From NCBI GenBank assembly GCA_050260455.1, contig JBLNCF010000004.1, positions 15,917-79,916 on the forward strand: 64,000 nucleotides of DNA, written 5' to 3'. Origin of the DNA: Bacillota bacterium (GTDB lineage: Bacteria > Patescibacteriota > Minisyncoccia > Phycocordibacterales > Phycocordibacteraceae). Shown piece after piece: positions 20,082 through 30,043 of this stretch (positions within the stretch are counted from its first letter, which is position 1; each line of letters begins with the position of its first letter). The notes beneath the pieces were generated by a model. The model did no database searches. It was not told the origin of the DNA and saw only the letters and a program-made list of their open reading frames with translations. The translations under genes were made by a program, and so were the position numbers.

Positions 20082-20666
20082 ATGGAAATATCGATAGACG
20101 TCGTTAAGCAGCTCCGCGAGGCCACGGGCCTTTCTGTTATGCAGTGCCGCAAGGCGCTTGAGGAAGCGGGCGGCGATATCGAGAAGGCCGAGGTCATTCT
20201 CCGTAAGCGCAGCTCCGAGGCAGCTGACAAGAAGTCGGATCGCGAAATAGGTGCCGGTGCAGTGGGTATGTACCTCCATGACAAGGCAATTGGTGCCATG
20301 GTGCTCCTTTCCTCCGAGACTGACTTCGTCTCGAAAAACCCGGAGTTTGAGGCACTTGCACGCGAGCTCGCGATGCAAGTCGCTGCGACTAACCCGCAGT
20401 ACCTCTCGTCCGAAGAAATCGACCAGGCCGCAAAGGATGCTGCAATGGCCGTCTTCAAGGAAGAGGTGAAGGACAAGCCTGCTGATATGCAGGAGAAGAT
20501 CCTCGCGGGTAAGATGGATAGCTACTTCCGCGATTCCGTACTCCTCAACCAGCCGTACATCAAGGACGAATCCAAGTCCATCAAGCAGCTTATCGACGAA
20601 GCCTCCCAGAAGTTTGGCGAGCGCGTCGAGATCTCGAAGTTCGCTCGCTTCTCTGCCCGCGGGTAA
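20082..20666 (+). CDS. tsf: Elongation factor Ts (short form)
   Basis: VKQLREATG..MQCRKAL, ETDFV. Confidence 0.96.
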   Translation: MEISIDVVKQLREATGLSVMQCRKALEEAGGDIEKAEVILRKRSSEAADKKSDREIGAGAVGMYLHDKAIGAMVLLSSETDFVSKNPEFEALARELAMQVAATNPQYLSSEEIDQAAKDAAMAVFKEEVKDKPADMQEKILAGKMDSYFRDSVLLNQPYIKDESKSIKQLIDEASQKFGERVEISKFARFSARG

Positions 20667-20687
20667 TCCTGCGCGGGCTCATACCTC

Positions 20688-21089
20688 ATGAGCTATCTCA
20701 TCACGATTCTCGGAACACTCCTTCTCCTCCTCGGTTTTGTACTGTGGTCGTGGTTCGAGACTCGGCAAGGATTCCGTGTGTTTGCGGGGCCTCGTAAGCG
20801 TCTCGACCGAGAAGCGGCCCGTACCGCCTTCATCCTGCGTCATATCGATTGGGGCGCATTCGTAGCTCATGTGGGGAAGTCTGCTGCTGCACGTGTAGCG
20901 CATGATATCGTTCATTCGCTTCTCCTTATGGTTCGCGCGTCGGAACGAACGCTCACCCGCGCCATCCGCAGCTTGCGCACCCGAGTGGCCTCACATGAGG
21001 CATCGGGGGAACCAGTGGAAGGTTCGCAGCTCATTGCGACCTTGGTGCGTTTTCGAAAGAATCTCCGACGCACCCGTGATAGTAAATAG
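20688..21089 (+). CDS. Hypothetical protein with an N-terminal TM helix
   Basis: ORF follows tsf and ends at a terminator; hydrophobic N-terminus, basic remainder. Confidence 0.65.
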   Translation: MSYLITILGTLLLLLGFVLWSWFETRQGFRVFAGPRKRLDREAARTAFILRHIDWGAFVAHVGKSAAARVAHDIVHSLLLMVRASERTLTRAIRSLRTRVASHEASGEPVEGSQLIATLVRFRKNLRRTRDSK

Positions 21090-21120
21090 AAAAAGCCCGG
21101 ACAGTACCGGGCTTTTTCTA
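21087..21120. terminator. Bidirectional terminator
   Basis: TAGAAAAAGCCCGG-acagta-CCGGGCTTTTTCTA between convergent genes. Confidence 0.85.
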
Positions 21121-21134
21121 TTTCATTCCGTCTG

Positions 21135-21207
21135 AGCCGGGAGCGAGGCTCGAACTCGCGACCTACGGTTTACAAAACCGTTGCTCTACCGACTGAGCTA
21201 TCCCGGC
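21135..21207 (-). tRNA. tRNA-Thr(TGT); CCA not encoded
   Basis: GCCGGGATAGCTCAGTCGGTAGAGCAACGGTTTTGTAAACCGTAGGTCGCGAGTTCGAGCCTCGCTCCCGGCT forms a cloverleaf with anticodon TGT and a GTTCGA T-loop. Confidence 0.97.
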
Positions 21208-21235
21208 TCACACGGAACGATATTCGCACACTACC

Positions 21236-21937
21236 TTACTTCTTCGCTCCGGTCGATGTTGCCGTCGAGGTGGCGAAGAGCGACTTCGGGAACTGCTTCT
21301 CGAAATCCTCGAGTGTCGTGAAGCCATAGCTGCGCTTGCCGTTGATCACGAAGGCAGGGAAGGTAGGGTCCACCTTTTCGACCGCGACCAGAGTCTTCAC
21401 TGCGCCAAGGTCGAGATTGTAATCGAAGGAGTACACGCGAAGCGCAGGATAGGTCTGGCGTAGGTAGGAAAGTGCGTATCCGGCGCGATCACAGTCCTCA
21501 CAGGAGCCGGGGATATTCGAATAGAAGTAGAGCGCGACCGTGGGGGTGGTCTTGCAGGTGGCGGCCAGCTGCTTGGTGAGAAGATAATCACGTATCTCAA
21601 GAAGCGTGTACTGCTTCTTGAGCTCGATCACCTGTGCGTTCTTGCTGCCCAGGCGCTCCTCCGCCGCTGCGAGACGGTCTCCAAGTTCGCTCACTTCACG
21701 CGAAAGCTCGGTGCCGTGCTGCTGGTCCTCGCAAGGAGCGTTCTCTAGAAGAGAGAACTGGGTCTCCAAAGAGAGCGTGTCAGTCGCGAGCTGTCCCTGG
21801 ATGGCAGTGAGTTCGGCGAGACGCTGGCGATCGAGATAATTGATCGCGTACACCACGGTCGCGATAATAGCGGCAGTGATGACAAACGCGATAAGAGCAT
21901 TGCGAAGCGGTAACGGCATATCCTTGATGCTAACCAT
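21236..21937 (-). CDS. Membrane-anchored coiled-coil protein with a thioredoxin-like CxxC domain
   Basis: N-terminal TM helix; YFYS...CEDC; FPAFVING. Confidence 0.7.
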   Translation of the reverse strand: MVSIKDMPLPLRNALIAFVITAAIIATVVYAINYLDRQRLAELTAIQGQLATDTLSLETQFSLLENAPCEDQQHGTELSREVSELGDRLAAAEERLGSKNAQVIELKKQYTLLEIRDYLLTKQLAATCKTTPTVALYFYSNIPGSCEDCDRAGYALSYLRQTYPALRVYSFDYNLDLGAVKTLVAVEKVDPTFPAFVINGKRSYGFTTLEDFEKQFPKSLFATSTATSTGAKK

Positions 21938-21952
21938 ACGGCGAACTTGGCG

Positions 21953-23191
21953 TTAGCGCCAGCGGCGGCGCGTACCCGTCGCGACATCTGCAAGCGCCCG
22001 TACGAGCCAAAACGGTGCAATGAATCCGTATAGGAGTGCGTAGCCGAAGATGCTCATGGTGAGATCCGCTTTGGTGCGCGATACTTTCTGACCCATAAGG
22101 ATGAATGTTGTGGAGATGACCATCACAATGATGCTGATCATGGTGATGAAAGTAACCGGCGCGTAGAACCACTCGGGGGAGAAACGCGGCGTGAGAATGT
22201 AGGAAAGAGGAATGCCTGAAACAACCGCGATGGTGTGGGCTATCTGCTGTCCCATCATGACGCACGCGAGCGTGAAGAGACCGACGCCACCTAGGACTGC
22301 GACGAAGCCAAGAGGGAGCACGAGGAGGCCGAGCACTCCGTACTTAGGATTCCCCACCAGGTCGCGATACTCGTTCGTGACATTGCGCAGGAAGCCAGTA
22401 GTCCAGCGGGTGCGCTGTTTGATGAGTTTGGGGACTGAACGGGGCACTTTCGTATAAACGCGAGCGCGCGGCGCATTCTCGATTTCGTACCCGGCACGCT
22501 GGAGTCGGAGCGCCATTTCCATATCTTCGCCCTGGTGCGCATGCCGTAAGCCACCGACTTCCTCTATGACAGAGCGACGGTAGAGGGAGAAGGGGCCAGG
22601 AGTCACGTAGATACCATTCACGGCAGAAAGGGCGTGGCGAAGTGCGATACCAAAGATGTACTCGGCATTCTGCATACGCTCGAGCAGATTCTTAGGCTCA
22701 AATACCGACATGGCGGGAGTGGACGCCGCAACCTTTGGATCGTCGAAAGCCGACATCATTTCGCGGAGTGCATCTGGCGCGACGAAGGAATCTGCGTCGA
22801 GACAGCCGACGAACTCGCAGTCGGAAGCTATCTCAATGCCTGCGTTGATCGCGGTGTGTTTACCCCCGTTCTCTTTATGGATTATGGCTATCTGCGGATT
22901 CCCGGTGTACGAATCCATGACCTCTTTCGTATGGTCAGTCGAACCATCGTTCACGAGGACGATACGGAGCTTGTCCTTAGGATAGTCGAGGTTCAAAAGG
23001 GATTCGACAGTACCACCGATGGTCGACTCCTCGTTCCAGCAGGGAACAATGATGGCCACCTTGGGGAAGCGGGTCGAGGCCGGGCGTTCCCGACGTGCAC
23101 GTGCCGGCGTGGATACGAAGGTGAGCAGCATGAACACCTCGAAATACAGGCCGAGGAAAATAAAGGGATACGCGATTACCTCAAGATGCAT
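21953..23191 (-). CDS. Processive GT2 glycosyltransferase (PgaC/IcaA/cellulose synthase-like)
   Basis: IVPCWNEE, NDGSTD, DAD, GED, QRTRW (QxxRW), C-terminal TM helices. Confidence 0.9.
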   Translation of the reverse strand: MHLEVIAYPFIFLGLYFEVFMLLTFVSTPARARRERPASTRFPKVAIIVPCWNEESTIGGTVESLLNLDYPKDKLRIVLVNDGSTDHTKEVMDSYTGNPQIAIIHKENGGKHTAINAGIEIASDCEFVGCLDADSFVAPDALREMMSAFDDPKVAASTPAMSVFEPKNLLERMQNAEYIFGIALRHALSAVNGIYVTPGPFSLYRRSVIEEVGGLRHAHQGEDMEMALRLQRAGYEIENAPRARVYTKVPRSVPKLIKQRTRWTTGFLRNVTNEYRDLVGNPKYGVLGLLVLPLGFVAVLGGVGLFTLACVMMGQQIAHTIAVVSGIPLSYILTPRFSPEWFYAPVTFITMISIIVMVISTTFILMGQKVSRTKADLTMSIFGYALLYGFIAPFWLVRALADVATGTRRRWR

Positions 23192-23274
23192 ATAGCAGCT
23201 GCCCCGTCAGGGATGATGCTTCTACTGTAGCAAAAACGGCCCATTTCTTCTACTTTTGTGTATACTCGTCCTAT

Positions 23275-23997
23275 ATGCCTCCCGGCCGCTTGCATCCCAT
23301 TAGCGCCGCCATCCGCGACTTCGCGGATATCTTCGGACGCATGGGGTTTTCGGTCGCCTACGGACCCGAACTAGAAGACGAGTGGTACAACTTCACCGCG
23401 CTCAATGTTCCGCCCGATCATCCGGCGCGCGACATGCAGGACACCTTCTGGACGAAGGAGACTCCACCGCGTGTGCCGCGTACACAAACGTCGCCGGTGC
23501 AGGTGCGTCACATGGAGGAACAGGTGCGTGCAGGCGTCATGCCGCCGTACCGCATCATTGTGCCAGGCAAGGTATATCGTAATGAAGCGACCGATGCGAC
23601 TCATGAAGCCCAGTTCTATCAGAACGAAGGACTTGTGGTGGGAGAGGGAATCACGCTCGCACACTTGAAGGGCACACTCGAGCGATTCTTCCGCGAGTAC
23701 CTGGGAGAAAGCGCGAAGGTGCGCTTCCGTCCTAGCTATTTTCCATTCGTCGAGCCGGCGGTCGAGGTGGATGTCTGGTATGAGGTACCGGGCAAGGAGG
23801 GGAAGTGGCTTGAGGTCATGGGTGCAGGCATGGTCCATCCGACTGTGATAGCAAACGCAGGCCTTGATCCAGAGACGTACCAAGGATTCGCCTTCGGTGG
23901 CGGCATTGAACGGCTCGTCATGGTCAAGCATGGTGTGAACGATGTCCGCGGGTTCCATAGCGGAGACATACGGTTCGTGTGCGGATTTGATGCATAA
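23275..23997 (+). CDS. pheS: Phenylalanine-tRNA ligase alpha subunit (no N-terminal coiled coil)
   Basis: HPARDMQDTF, FRPSYFPFVEP, GAGMVHP, GFAFG. Confidence 0.96.
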   Translation: MPPGRLHPISAAIRDFADIFGRMGFSVAYGPELEDEWYNFTALNVPPDHPARDMQDTFWTKETPPRVPRTQTSPVQVRHMEEQVRAGVMPPYRIIVPGKVYRNEATDATHEAQFYQNEGLVVGEGITLAHLKGTLERFFREYLGESAKVRFRPSYFPFVEPAVEVDVWYEVPGKEGKWLEVMGAGMVHPTVIANAGLDPETYQGFAFGGGIERLVMVKHGVNDVRGFHSGDIRFVCGFDA

Positions 23998-24000
23998 CAT

Positions 24001-25899
24001 ATGAAAACGTCACGTGCCTGGCTAAACACGTTCTTCGATAGCGAGCTTCCAGATCAGGAAACACTTGCGACAGCACTTACATTCCATGCCGCAGAAATCG
24101 AGGAAGTAGAGGGAGATGTCCTTGATGTTAAGGTGCTGCCCGATCGCGCGGCATACATGCTCTCTCATCGCGGAGTGGCCTTTGAACTCTCCGCCTGCCT
24201 CGGTCGTCCCATGGCAAAGGACCCGCTGCGCGAGCCAGTTCCCGAATCCCCAACGACAGACACACTCGCTGTCTCGATAGAAGACCCGGAGAAATGCAAT
24301 CGCTACATGGGCGCCGTTGTGAAGGGGGTGAAGGTGGGTCCGTCGCCTGCCTGGCTCAAGGAGGCGCTTGAGTCAGTGGGGCAGCGCTCCATCAACAACA
24401 TCGTGGATGCAACGAATTATGTGATGCTCAATATGGGGCAGCCACTCCACGCGTTTGATGCCGATAAGCTCGATAAGAAGGACGGAACGTTTTCAATTGC
24501 CGTACGAGGAGCTCGCGAAGGTGAGCGCATTATCACGCTCACGGGCGAGGAGTATGATCTTCCCGGAGGCACCCTCCTTATTACGGACGCGCATGCGGAC
24601 GCGCCGCTTGGTATTGCCGGTGTGAAGGGCGGCAAGCGGGCGGAAGTCACGAGTACGACCACTGACCTCATTATTGAGGCCGCTAATTTTGATGGTACGA
24701 GCATACGTCGTGCTGCGCAGGCACTCAAATTATTTACTGACGCATCAAGCAGGTTCCAGAACCGCCCATCGCCAGCGCTCGCCGCATATGCGATGCGGGA
24801 TGTGCTTTCTCTCATCACGGACATCGCTGGCGGGGAAGTGCTAGGGGTGGTGGACGAATACCCCATGCCAGCCGCTATCGAGCCGGTTACGGTCTCGCTC
24901 GGGAATCTGAATGGGCGTCTCGGTTCTTCCTTTACGCGCGATGAGGTAGTGGAGGTATTTGATAGGTTGGGCTTCTCGTATACGGAGAGTGAGGATGTGT
25001 TCACGGTGTTACCGCCCTTTGAGCGTCGCGACATTGTCATTCCGGAGGATCTCGCAGAGGAAGTAGGACGCATCCTCGGATATGACCGTATTTCTTCCGA
25101 TGATCTACCTCCTCTGGAGTCTGCTCCTGACCAGGCCAAGTATCGGGGCATTGAACGGGTCCGGGATTTCCTCGTCGAACGCGGGTTCATTGAGATCAGT
25201 ACCCCAGCGTTTGCGGCTGAAGGTGATATCGAACTTGCAAATCCTCTGCAGCAAGAACGTCCGTATCTCCGAGCTTCACTTCTTCCAAACATGAAAGATG
25301 CGCTCGCGAAAGCGGTGACGGTAGCTCCGCGCGTGCTTGGTCCTGCACCTGCGGTAAAGCTCTTTGAGGTGGGCACTGTCTTCACGAAAGATGGAGAATA
25401 TTACCTTGTTGCTCTTGGGGTTGAATCGCTGGGCGCCAAGAAAGTCGAAGAGGCGCTTAAAGAGAATGTCGCGACCCTTGAGCAGGAACTCCTGCAATCT
25501 CCTGGCAAGGCACGCTTCTCGCTTGATGCGAAGGCGGTCGAACTCGTACTCACCGATGAAACCTTGGCGCGACTCGGGGAGGACTACACTCCCTCACGTG
25601 TTGAACTTGGCGCATACCATCCTTTCTCGTCATATCCTTTCGCTCTGCGCGACATTGCGGTGTGGACGCCCACGGGAACGACGCAACAGCAGGTGGAAGC
25701 CATCATTCGGGAACAGGCGGGTGATCTACTCGTCCGTGTGGATCTCTTTGATCAGTTCGAGAAGGATGGACGCACTTCCTATGCGTTCCGCCTCGTATTC
25801 GAGTCTCCTGAAAAGACTCTGTCAGATGCTGAACTCACCCCTCTCACGGAGCGCCTCACCGAGGCTCTAAACAGCACGGAAGGGTACCAGGTACGCTAG
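24001..25899 (+). CDS. pheT: Phenylalanine-tRNA ligase beta subunit (lacks the OB/B2 domain)
   Basis: RSINNIVDATNYVM..GQPLHAFD, DLAEEVGRILGY, C-terminal anticodon-binding RDIAV...LFDQF. Confidence 0.95.
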   Translation: MKTSRAWLNTFFDSELPDQETLATALTFHAAEIEEVEGDVLDVKVLPDRAAYMLSHRGVAFELSACLGRPMAKDPLREPVPESPTTDTLAVSIEDPEKCNRYMGAVVKGVKVGPSPAWLKEALESVGQRSINNIVDATNYVMLNMGQPLHAFDADKLDKKDGTFSIAVRGAREGERIITLTGEEYDLPGGTLLITDAHADAPLGIAGVKGGKRAEVTSTTTDLIIEAANFDGTSIRRAAQALKLFTDASSRFQNRPSPALAAYAMRDVLSLITDIAGGEVLGVVDEYPMPAAIEPVTVSLGNLNGRLGSSFTRDEVVEVFDRLGFSYTESEDVFTVLPPFERRDIVIPEDLAEEVGRILGYDRISSDDLPPLESAPDQAKYRGIERVRDFLVERGFIEISTPAFAAEGDIELANPLQQERPYLRASLLPNMKDALAKAVTVAPRVLGPAPAVKLFEVGTVFTKDGEYYLVALGVESLGAKKVEEALKENVATLEQELLQSPGKARFSLDAKAVELVLTDETLARLGEDYTPSRVELGAYHPFSSYPFALRDIAVWTPTGTTQQQVEAIIREQAGDLLVRVDLFDQFEKDGRTSYAFRLVFESPEKTLSDAELTPLTERLTEALNSTEGYQVR

Positions 25900-25949
25900 C
25901 TGATGAGGCCTCAGATGAGGCCTCGTATGCTATACTGTAGGGACGGAAT

Positions 25950-28016
25950 ATGGCTAAAAAAGAGGCGGAAAAGGCTAAAAAGAGCGCTGCCGGAGGCAGC
26001 GATTATGATGCATCCTCAATCACCGTCCTTGAGGGTCTTGAGCCGGTGCGTAAGCGTCCCGGCATGTACATCGGTACCACTGGTCCCGATGGTCTTCATC
26101 ACCTCATTTGGGAAATCTTCGACAACTCTCGTGACGAGGCGATGGGTGGGTATGCCGACGACATCGAGGTCGCGCTCCTCCCAGACGGCTATGTGCGCGT
26201 CGTTGATAACGGCCGCGGTATCCCAGTAGGCATCCACCCAAAGACTAAGGTCTCTGCGCTTGAGACCATCATGACCACGCTCCATGCCGGCGGTAAGTTC
26301 GGTGGGGAAGGTTCAGGCTACAAAGTGTCGGGTGGTCTCCATGGTGTGGGTGCATCTGTGGTGAATGCACTTTCAGTCCACACGAAAGTCCTCGTGCATA
26401 AGGATGGAGGCGTGCACATGCAGGAATATGAGATCGGCAAAGCGAAAGCTAAGGTGAAGCAGGTCGCAAAGACCGATCTCCATGGCTCCGTCGTGATGTT
26501 CAAACCAGACGATACGATCTTCAAGGATGGAATCAACTGGAACTGGGAGAAGATTGTCTCCCATCTGCGCCAGCAGGCGTACCTAGTGAAAGGCACACGC
26601 ATCACGATCATCGATGCACGCCAGGCGGATATCGATGCAGTGATTGATAACGACATCTTCTATCTTCGTACGGTGGGGCTTGAGGTGCCATCCATGACCT
26701 TCTTCTTTGAGGGTGGCCTCCGTTCTTTGATCGGTTTCTACAACAAACACCAGACGGTTGCTCACAAGAATATCTTTTATGTCGACCAGCAGGAGGGCGA
26801 CGTTGCGGTTGAGATAGCACTCCAGTACACAGATGACCTATCGCCGCGTCTTCTTGCCTTTGCTAACAATATCTACAATCCCGAGCACGGTACGCATGTG
26901 ACCGGTTTCAAGACCGCACTCACCCGCACGCTCAACTCGTATGGGCGTTCCGCCGGTATCCTCAAAGAGAGCGAAGAGAACTTCACGGGAGACGACGCAC
27001 TCGAAGGTATTACCGCCGTGATTTCCATCAAGATGCCCGAGATCCAGTTCGAGGGTCAGACCAAGGGCAAGCTCGGTTCAGTGGAAGCACAGGGTGCAAC
27101 TGCAACCGTATTCGGTACTGCATTCGCCGCCTTCCTCGAAGAAAATCCTGACGACGCGAAAGCCATCGTGAACAAGGTGCTTCTCGCACTCAAGGCTCGC
27201 AAGGCAGCGAAAGCGGCGAAGGACTCGGTGCTCCGCAAGGGAGCCCTTGAAGGCATGACGCTTCCAGGTAAGCTTGCCGACTGCCAGAGCAAGTCAGCAG
27301 AAGAATCCGAACTGTTCATCGTGGAGGGAGACTCGGCAGGTGGTTCTTCGAAGATGGGTCGCGACCGTAGGACGCAGGCCATACTCCCGCTCCGCGGCAA
27401 AATTCTTAATATTGAGCGTGCACGTCTCGATAAAATGCTCGCCTCCGAGCAGATCAAAAACCTTGTGATTGCACTCGGTACCGCCATTGGTGATGTGTTC
27501 GACATCACCAAGCTCCGCTACCACAAGATCATTATCGCAACCGATGCCGACGTGGACGGCGCGCACATTCGCACTCTTATTCTCACTCTCTTCTTCCGTC
27601 ATTTCCGTCCCATTATCGATGGAGGATATATCTATATCGCCCAGCCGCCACTCTATAAGATTCAGCGTGGTAAAGAGACCTGGTACGCCTACACCGACGA
27701 TGAGAAGTTCTCCATCGTGGGTAAGGAGGAAGTAGCAAGTGCGGTCGAGGGAGAGGAGGAACCAGAAGAAACGGAAGAGGCTGTAGGGAAGAAGGCTGCC
27801 AAGTTCCGTATCCAGCGTTACAAGGGTCTGGGTGAGATGAATCCGTCTGAGCTCTGGGAAACGACCATGGATCCTGAACGACGGGTGCTGAAGCGAGTGA
27901 CGGTTGAGGATGCTGCTGAAGCAGATCGCATCTTTGACGTGCTTATGGGTACTGACGTAGCGAGTCGCAAGTCATTCATCCAGAGCAACGCGAAGCTCGC
28001 GAATCTCGACATTTAG
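25950..28016 (+). CDS. gyrB: DNA gyrase subunit B
   Basis: VRKRPGMYIG, LHAGGKF, EGDSAGG, PLRGKILN, DADVDG, RYKGLGEM. Confidence 0.97.
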   Translation: MAKKEAEKAKKSAAGGSDYDASSITVLEGLEPVRKRPGMYIGTTGPDGLHHLIWEIFDNSRDEAMGGYADDIEVALLPDGYVRVVDNGRGIPVGIHPKTKVSALETIMTTLHAGGKFGGEGSGYKVSGGLHGVGASVVNALSVHTKVLVHKDGGVHMQEYEIGKAKAKVKQVAKTDLHGSVVMFKPDDTIFKDGINWNWEKIVSHLRQQAYLVKGTRITIIDARQADIDAVIDNDIFYLRTVGLEVPSMTFFFEGGLRSLIGFYNKHQTVAHKNIFYVDQQEGDVAVEIALQYTDDLSPRLLAFANNIYNPEHGTHVTGFKTALTRTLNSYGRSAGILKESEENFTGDDALEGITAVISIKMPEIQFEGQTKGKLGSVEAQGATATVFGTAFAAFLEENPDDAKAIVNKVLLALKARKAAKAAKDSVLRKGALEGMTLPGKLADCQSKSAEESELFIVEGDSAGGSSKMGRDRRTQAILPLRGKILNIERARLDKMLASEQIKNLVIALGTAIGDVFDITKLRYHKIIIATDADVDGAHIRTLILTLFFRHFRPIIDGGYIYIAQPPLYKIQRGKETWYAYTDDEKFSIVGKEEVASAVEGEEEPEETEEAVGKKAAKFRIQRYKGLGEMNPSELWETTMDPERRVLKRVTVEDAAEADRIFDVLMGTDVASRKSFIQSNAKLANLDI

Positions 28017-28030
28017 TTCAAACAAAAACT

Positions 28031-28077
28031 GCATTCATAAAGCCGCCTCCCGAGCAGGGAGGCGGCTTCATGAATGC
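28031..28077. terminator. Hairpin between convergent genes
   Basis: AAGCCGCCTCCC-gagca-GGGAGGCGGCTT with outer pairing GCATTCAT/ATGAATGC. Confidence 0.75.
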
Positions 28078-28126
28078 TTCAGCGTAAACCCTATATCACA
28101 GCAGGAGCAGGGTAGCTCGTTGCAAA

Positions 28127-29179
28127 TTAATAGCAGTAGTACCGACCGTTGCTGTAGTACGTACCGTATCGGCAGTAGTTGCCATTGCTGTCGTAGGAAT
28201 CGTAATCCTGATTCGAAGATTCGCAGTAATAGCGACCATTCGAGTAGTAGGTGCCGTAGCGGCAATAATTCCCGTTACTATCGTACGAGTCATTATTCTG
28301 ACTCGATGTCTCGCAGTAGTAGTGGCCATTACGATAGTACGTACCGTATCGGCAGTAGTTGCCATTGCTGTCGTAGTCACGGGAAGAACTGCTCGACGAG
28401 CCGTTCAGATAGATAGAGGCCGAGTCGGTGTTGTTGTTCTCGTTAGACTCTGCGACCCGGTTGTTCGCATCCGCTTCCACGCGAATCGTTTCCGAGCCCC
28501 GGTCAGCATTATCAAATCCGAGGGTGTACACGATCGTGTCTCCTGGATTAAGCGCACGCTGCGTACCCGAGCGATATACCGACGAGCCGTCAGTAGTGGG
28601 GAGGTGAGCCTCAAACATCCATGAATTCGAGATGTTCGTGCCGCGGTTGGCAATCACGAACCGTACCGCACCCTGATATCCAGACGGAACCGTATCGTCG
28701 GTCACAAAGGAACTCGTATCGCCCTCGTTACGTAGATATCCCACCGAAGTGATGGTGGTGACAAGGTCGGCGAGACCATAGTACTGGGTACCCGGTACGG
28801 TAACGACCTGGTAAGTGGGCTGGGTATACGTTGGCGTGACCGGAGTCGGTGCGGGCGTGGAAGGAGTGGACGGGATGCTCGGTGCAGGTGCGGTCGTAGT
28901 GGCAGGGGCAGGCGAGAGCGGGATAGAAGTCGGAGTACTCGTAGAGGCAGGAGGCTGGGGGTTTTCACTCGGCTGGCCATCGTTCGGCTGGAAAAGAGTC
29001 GAAAGGTATACGTTCGCTGTACCTACGCGCGAAATGGCGCGGGGAAGGAAAGACGCCGCGTAAATAGCGGTTGCGATGCCAATAAGAATAAGGGCGATGA
29101 AGCCGACCACGGCGAGGCCGCCCACGGCCGCTTTCCGGGTCTGCTGCGTCTCGTGATCGTGATTCTGGGTCGTGTCCAT
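28127..29179 (-). CDS. Membrane-anchored CARDB-like protein with three C-terminal Tyr/Cys-rich repeats
   Basis: TM helix, Pro/Thr linker, ADANNRVAESNENNN, then 3 x YDSNGNYCRYGTYYxNGxYYC. Confidence 0.8.
   Translation of the reverse strand: MDTTQNHDHETQQTRKAAVGGLAVVGFIALILIGIATAIYAASFLPRAISRVGTANVYLSTLFQPNDGQPSENPQPPASTSTPTSIPLSPAPATTTAPAPSIPSTPSTPAPTPVTPTYTQPTYQVVTVPGTQYYGLADLVTTITSVGYLRNEGDTSSFVTDDTVPSGYQGAVRFVIANRGTNISNSWMFEAHLPTTDGSSVYRSGTQRALNPGDTIVYTLGFDNADRGSETIRVEADANNRVAESNENNNTDSASIYLNGSSSSSSRDYDSNGNYCRYGTYYRNGHYYCETSSQNNDSYDSNGNYCRYGTYYSNGRYYCESSNQDYDSYDSNGNYCRYGTYYSNGRYYCY
28130..28378 (-). repeat. Three tandem 21-aa repeats (YDSNGNYCRYGTYYxNGxYYC)
   Basis: Copies 1 and 3 share 41 identical nt; copy 2 differs mostly at synonymous positions. 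Confidence 0.9.
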
Positions 29180-29187
29180 ATACCCGC

Positions 29188-29216
29188 TTATTACCACACC
29201 GGATTTGACTTGTCAA
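29188..29216 (-). promoter_or_regulatory. Sigma70-type promoter for 28127..29179
   Basis: TTGACA-17-TAATAA with a TGn extension, 8 nt before the ATG. Confidence 0.6.
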
Positions 29217-29291
29217 ACAACGCATCTAAGGAAGGATCGATCACGAAAACTTGACATCATACGATTTATACTGTAATCCTACCCAAGACCT

Positions 29292-29948
29292 ATGTCCGGA
29301 CATCAGCCCGCAGGGCCGCATAACCGCGGCAGCAAGAATCCGTACCGAAACACGTGGACCTTCCTCGTGGTCGCGTTCGTTGTCTTTGGGGCGACGGTAT
29401 TTGTACTGTCATCCTTCGACTTGCTTCCGGATTCATCGCTTCGGGGAACGACCGCACCTACCGCATCCGATACAAAGAACGCGGATGCGCTCACTGGTGC
29501 AGTGCTTCCCGAAAAGATCGAAATTCCGAAGATAAAGTTGTCGGCAACGGTGGCCAATCCGACCACGACTGATGCGGATGTGCTTGATAAGGATCTGCTG
29601 TACGGAGCGGTACGGTATCCGACATCGGGCGGACTGGGCGCGAACGGCCAGAATGTCGTCCTCTTCGGACACTCGAGTTATCTTCCGGTCGTGCACAATC
29701 AGGCGTATAAGCTCTTCGACGGCATCCAGAACCTGACGAAAGGTGACCAGATTCTAGTCACTGGCAACGGCACGGTGTACGTATATCAGGTGGATACGGT
29801 CGCGAGTGCTGATGCAGAGACGGACGGTATTCCGCTTACCGTGTCGGGCAACCAGCTCACGCTTGTAACGTGCGATTCGTTCAAGACAAAGTCGGATCGG
29901 TTCGTTGTGGTCGCACATCTTGTGAATAGGTATCCGGCTGCGAGCTAA
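29292..29948 (+). CDS. Sortase
   Basis: N-terminal TM helix; NVVLFGHS (His), LTLVTC (TLxTC Cys), downstream Arg (DRFVV). Confidence 0.92.
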   Translation: MSGHQPAGPHNRGSKNPYRNTWTFLVVAFVVFGATVFVLSSFDLLPDSSLRGTTAPTASDTKNADALTGAVLPEKIEIPKIKLSATVANPTTTDADVLDKDLLYGAVRYPTSGGLGANGQNVVLFGHSSYLPVVHNQAYKLFDGIQNLTKGDQILVTGNGTVYVYQVDTVASADAETDGIPLTVSGNQLTLVTCDSFKTKSDRFVVVAHLVNRYPAAS

Positions 29949-30043
29949 GCTCGTGGGTGGGTACCCCTTCATAAGGGGATGTAATTTGTACCTTTCGTTC
30001 ACCACAGTTCACCATATAGCCCCGACAAGGAGGAGGGACCCGC

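Noticed and set aside
28130-28378. Possible DGR template/variable repeat pair
   Set aside because: Differences are synonymous rather than adenine-specific, all copies are in-frame coding, and there is no reverse transcriptase in the window
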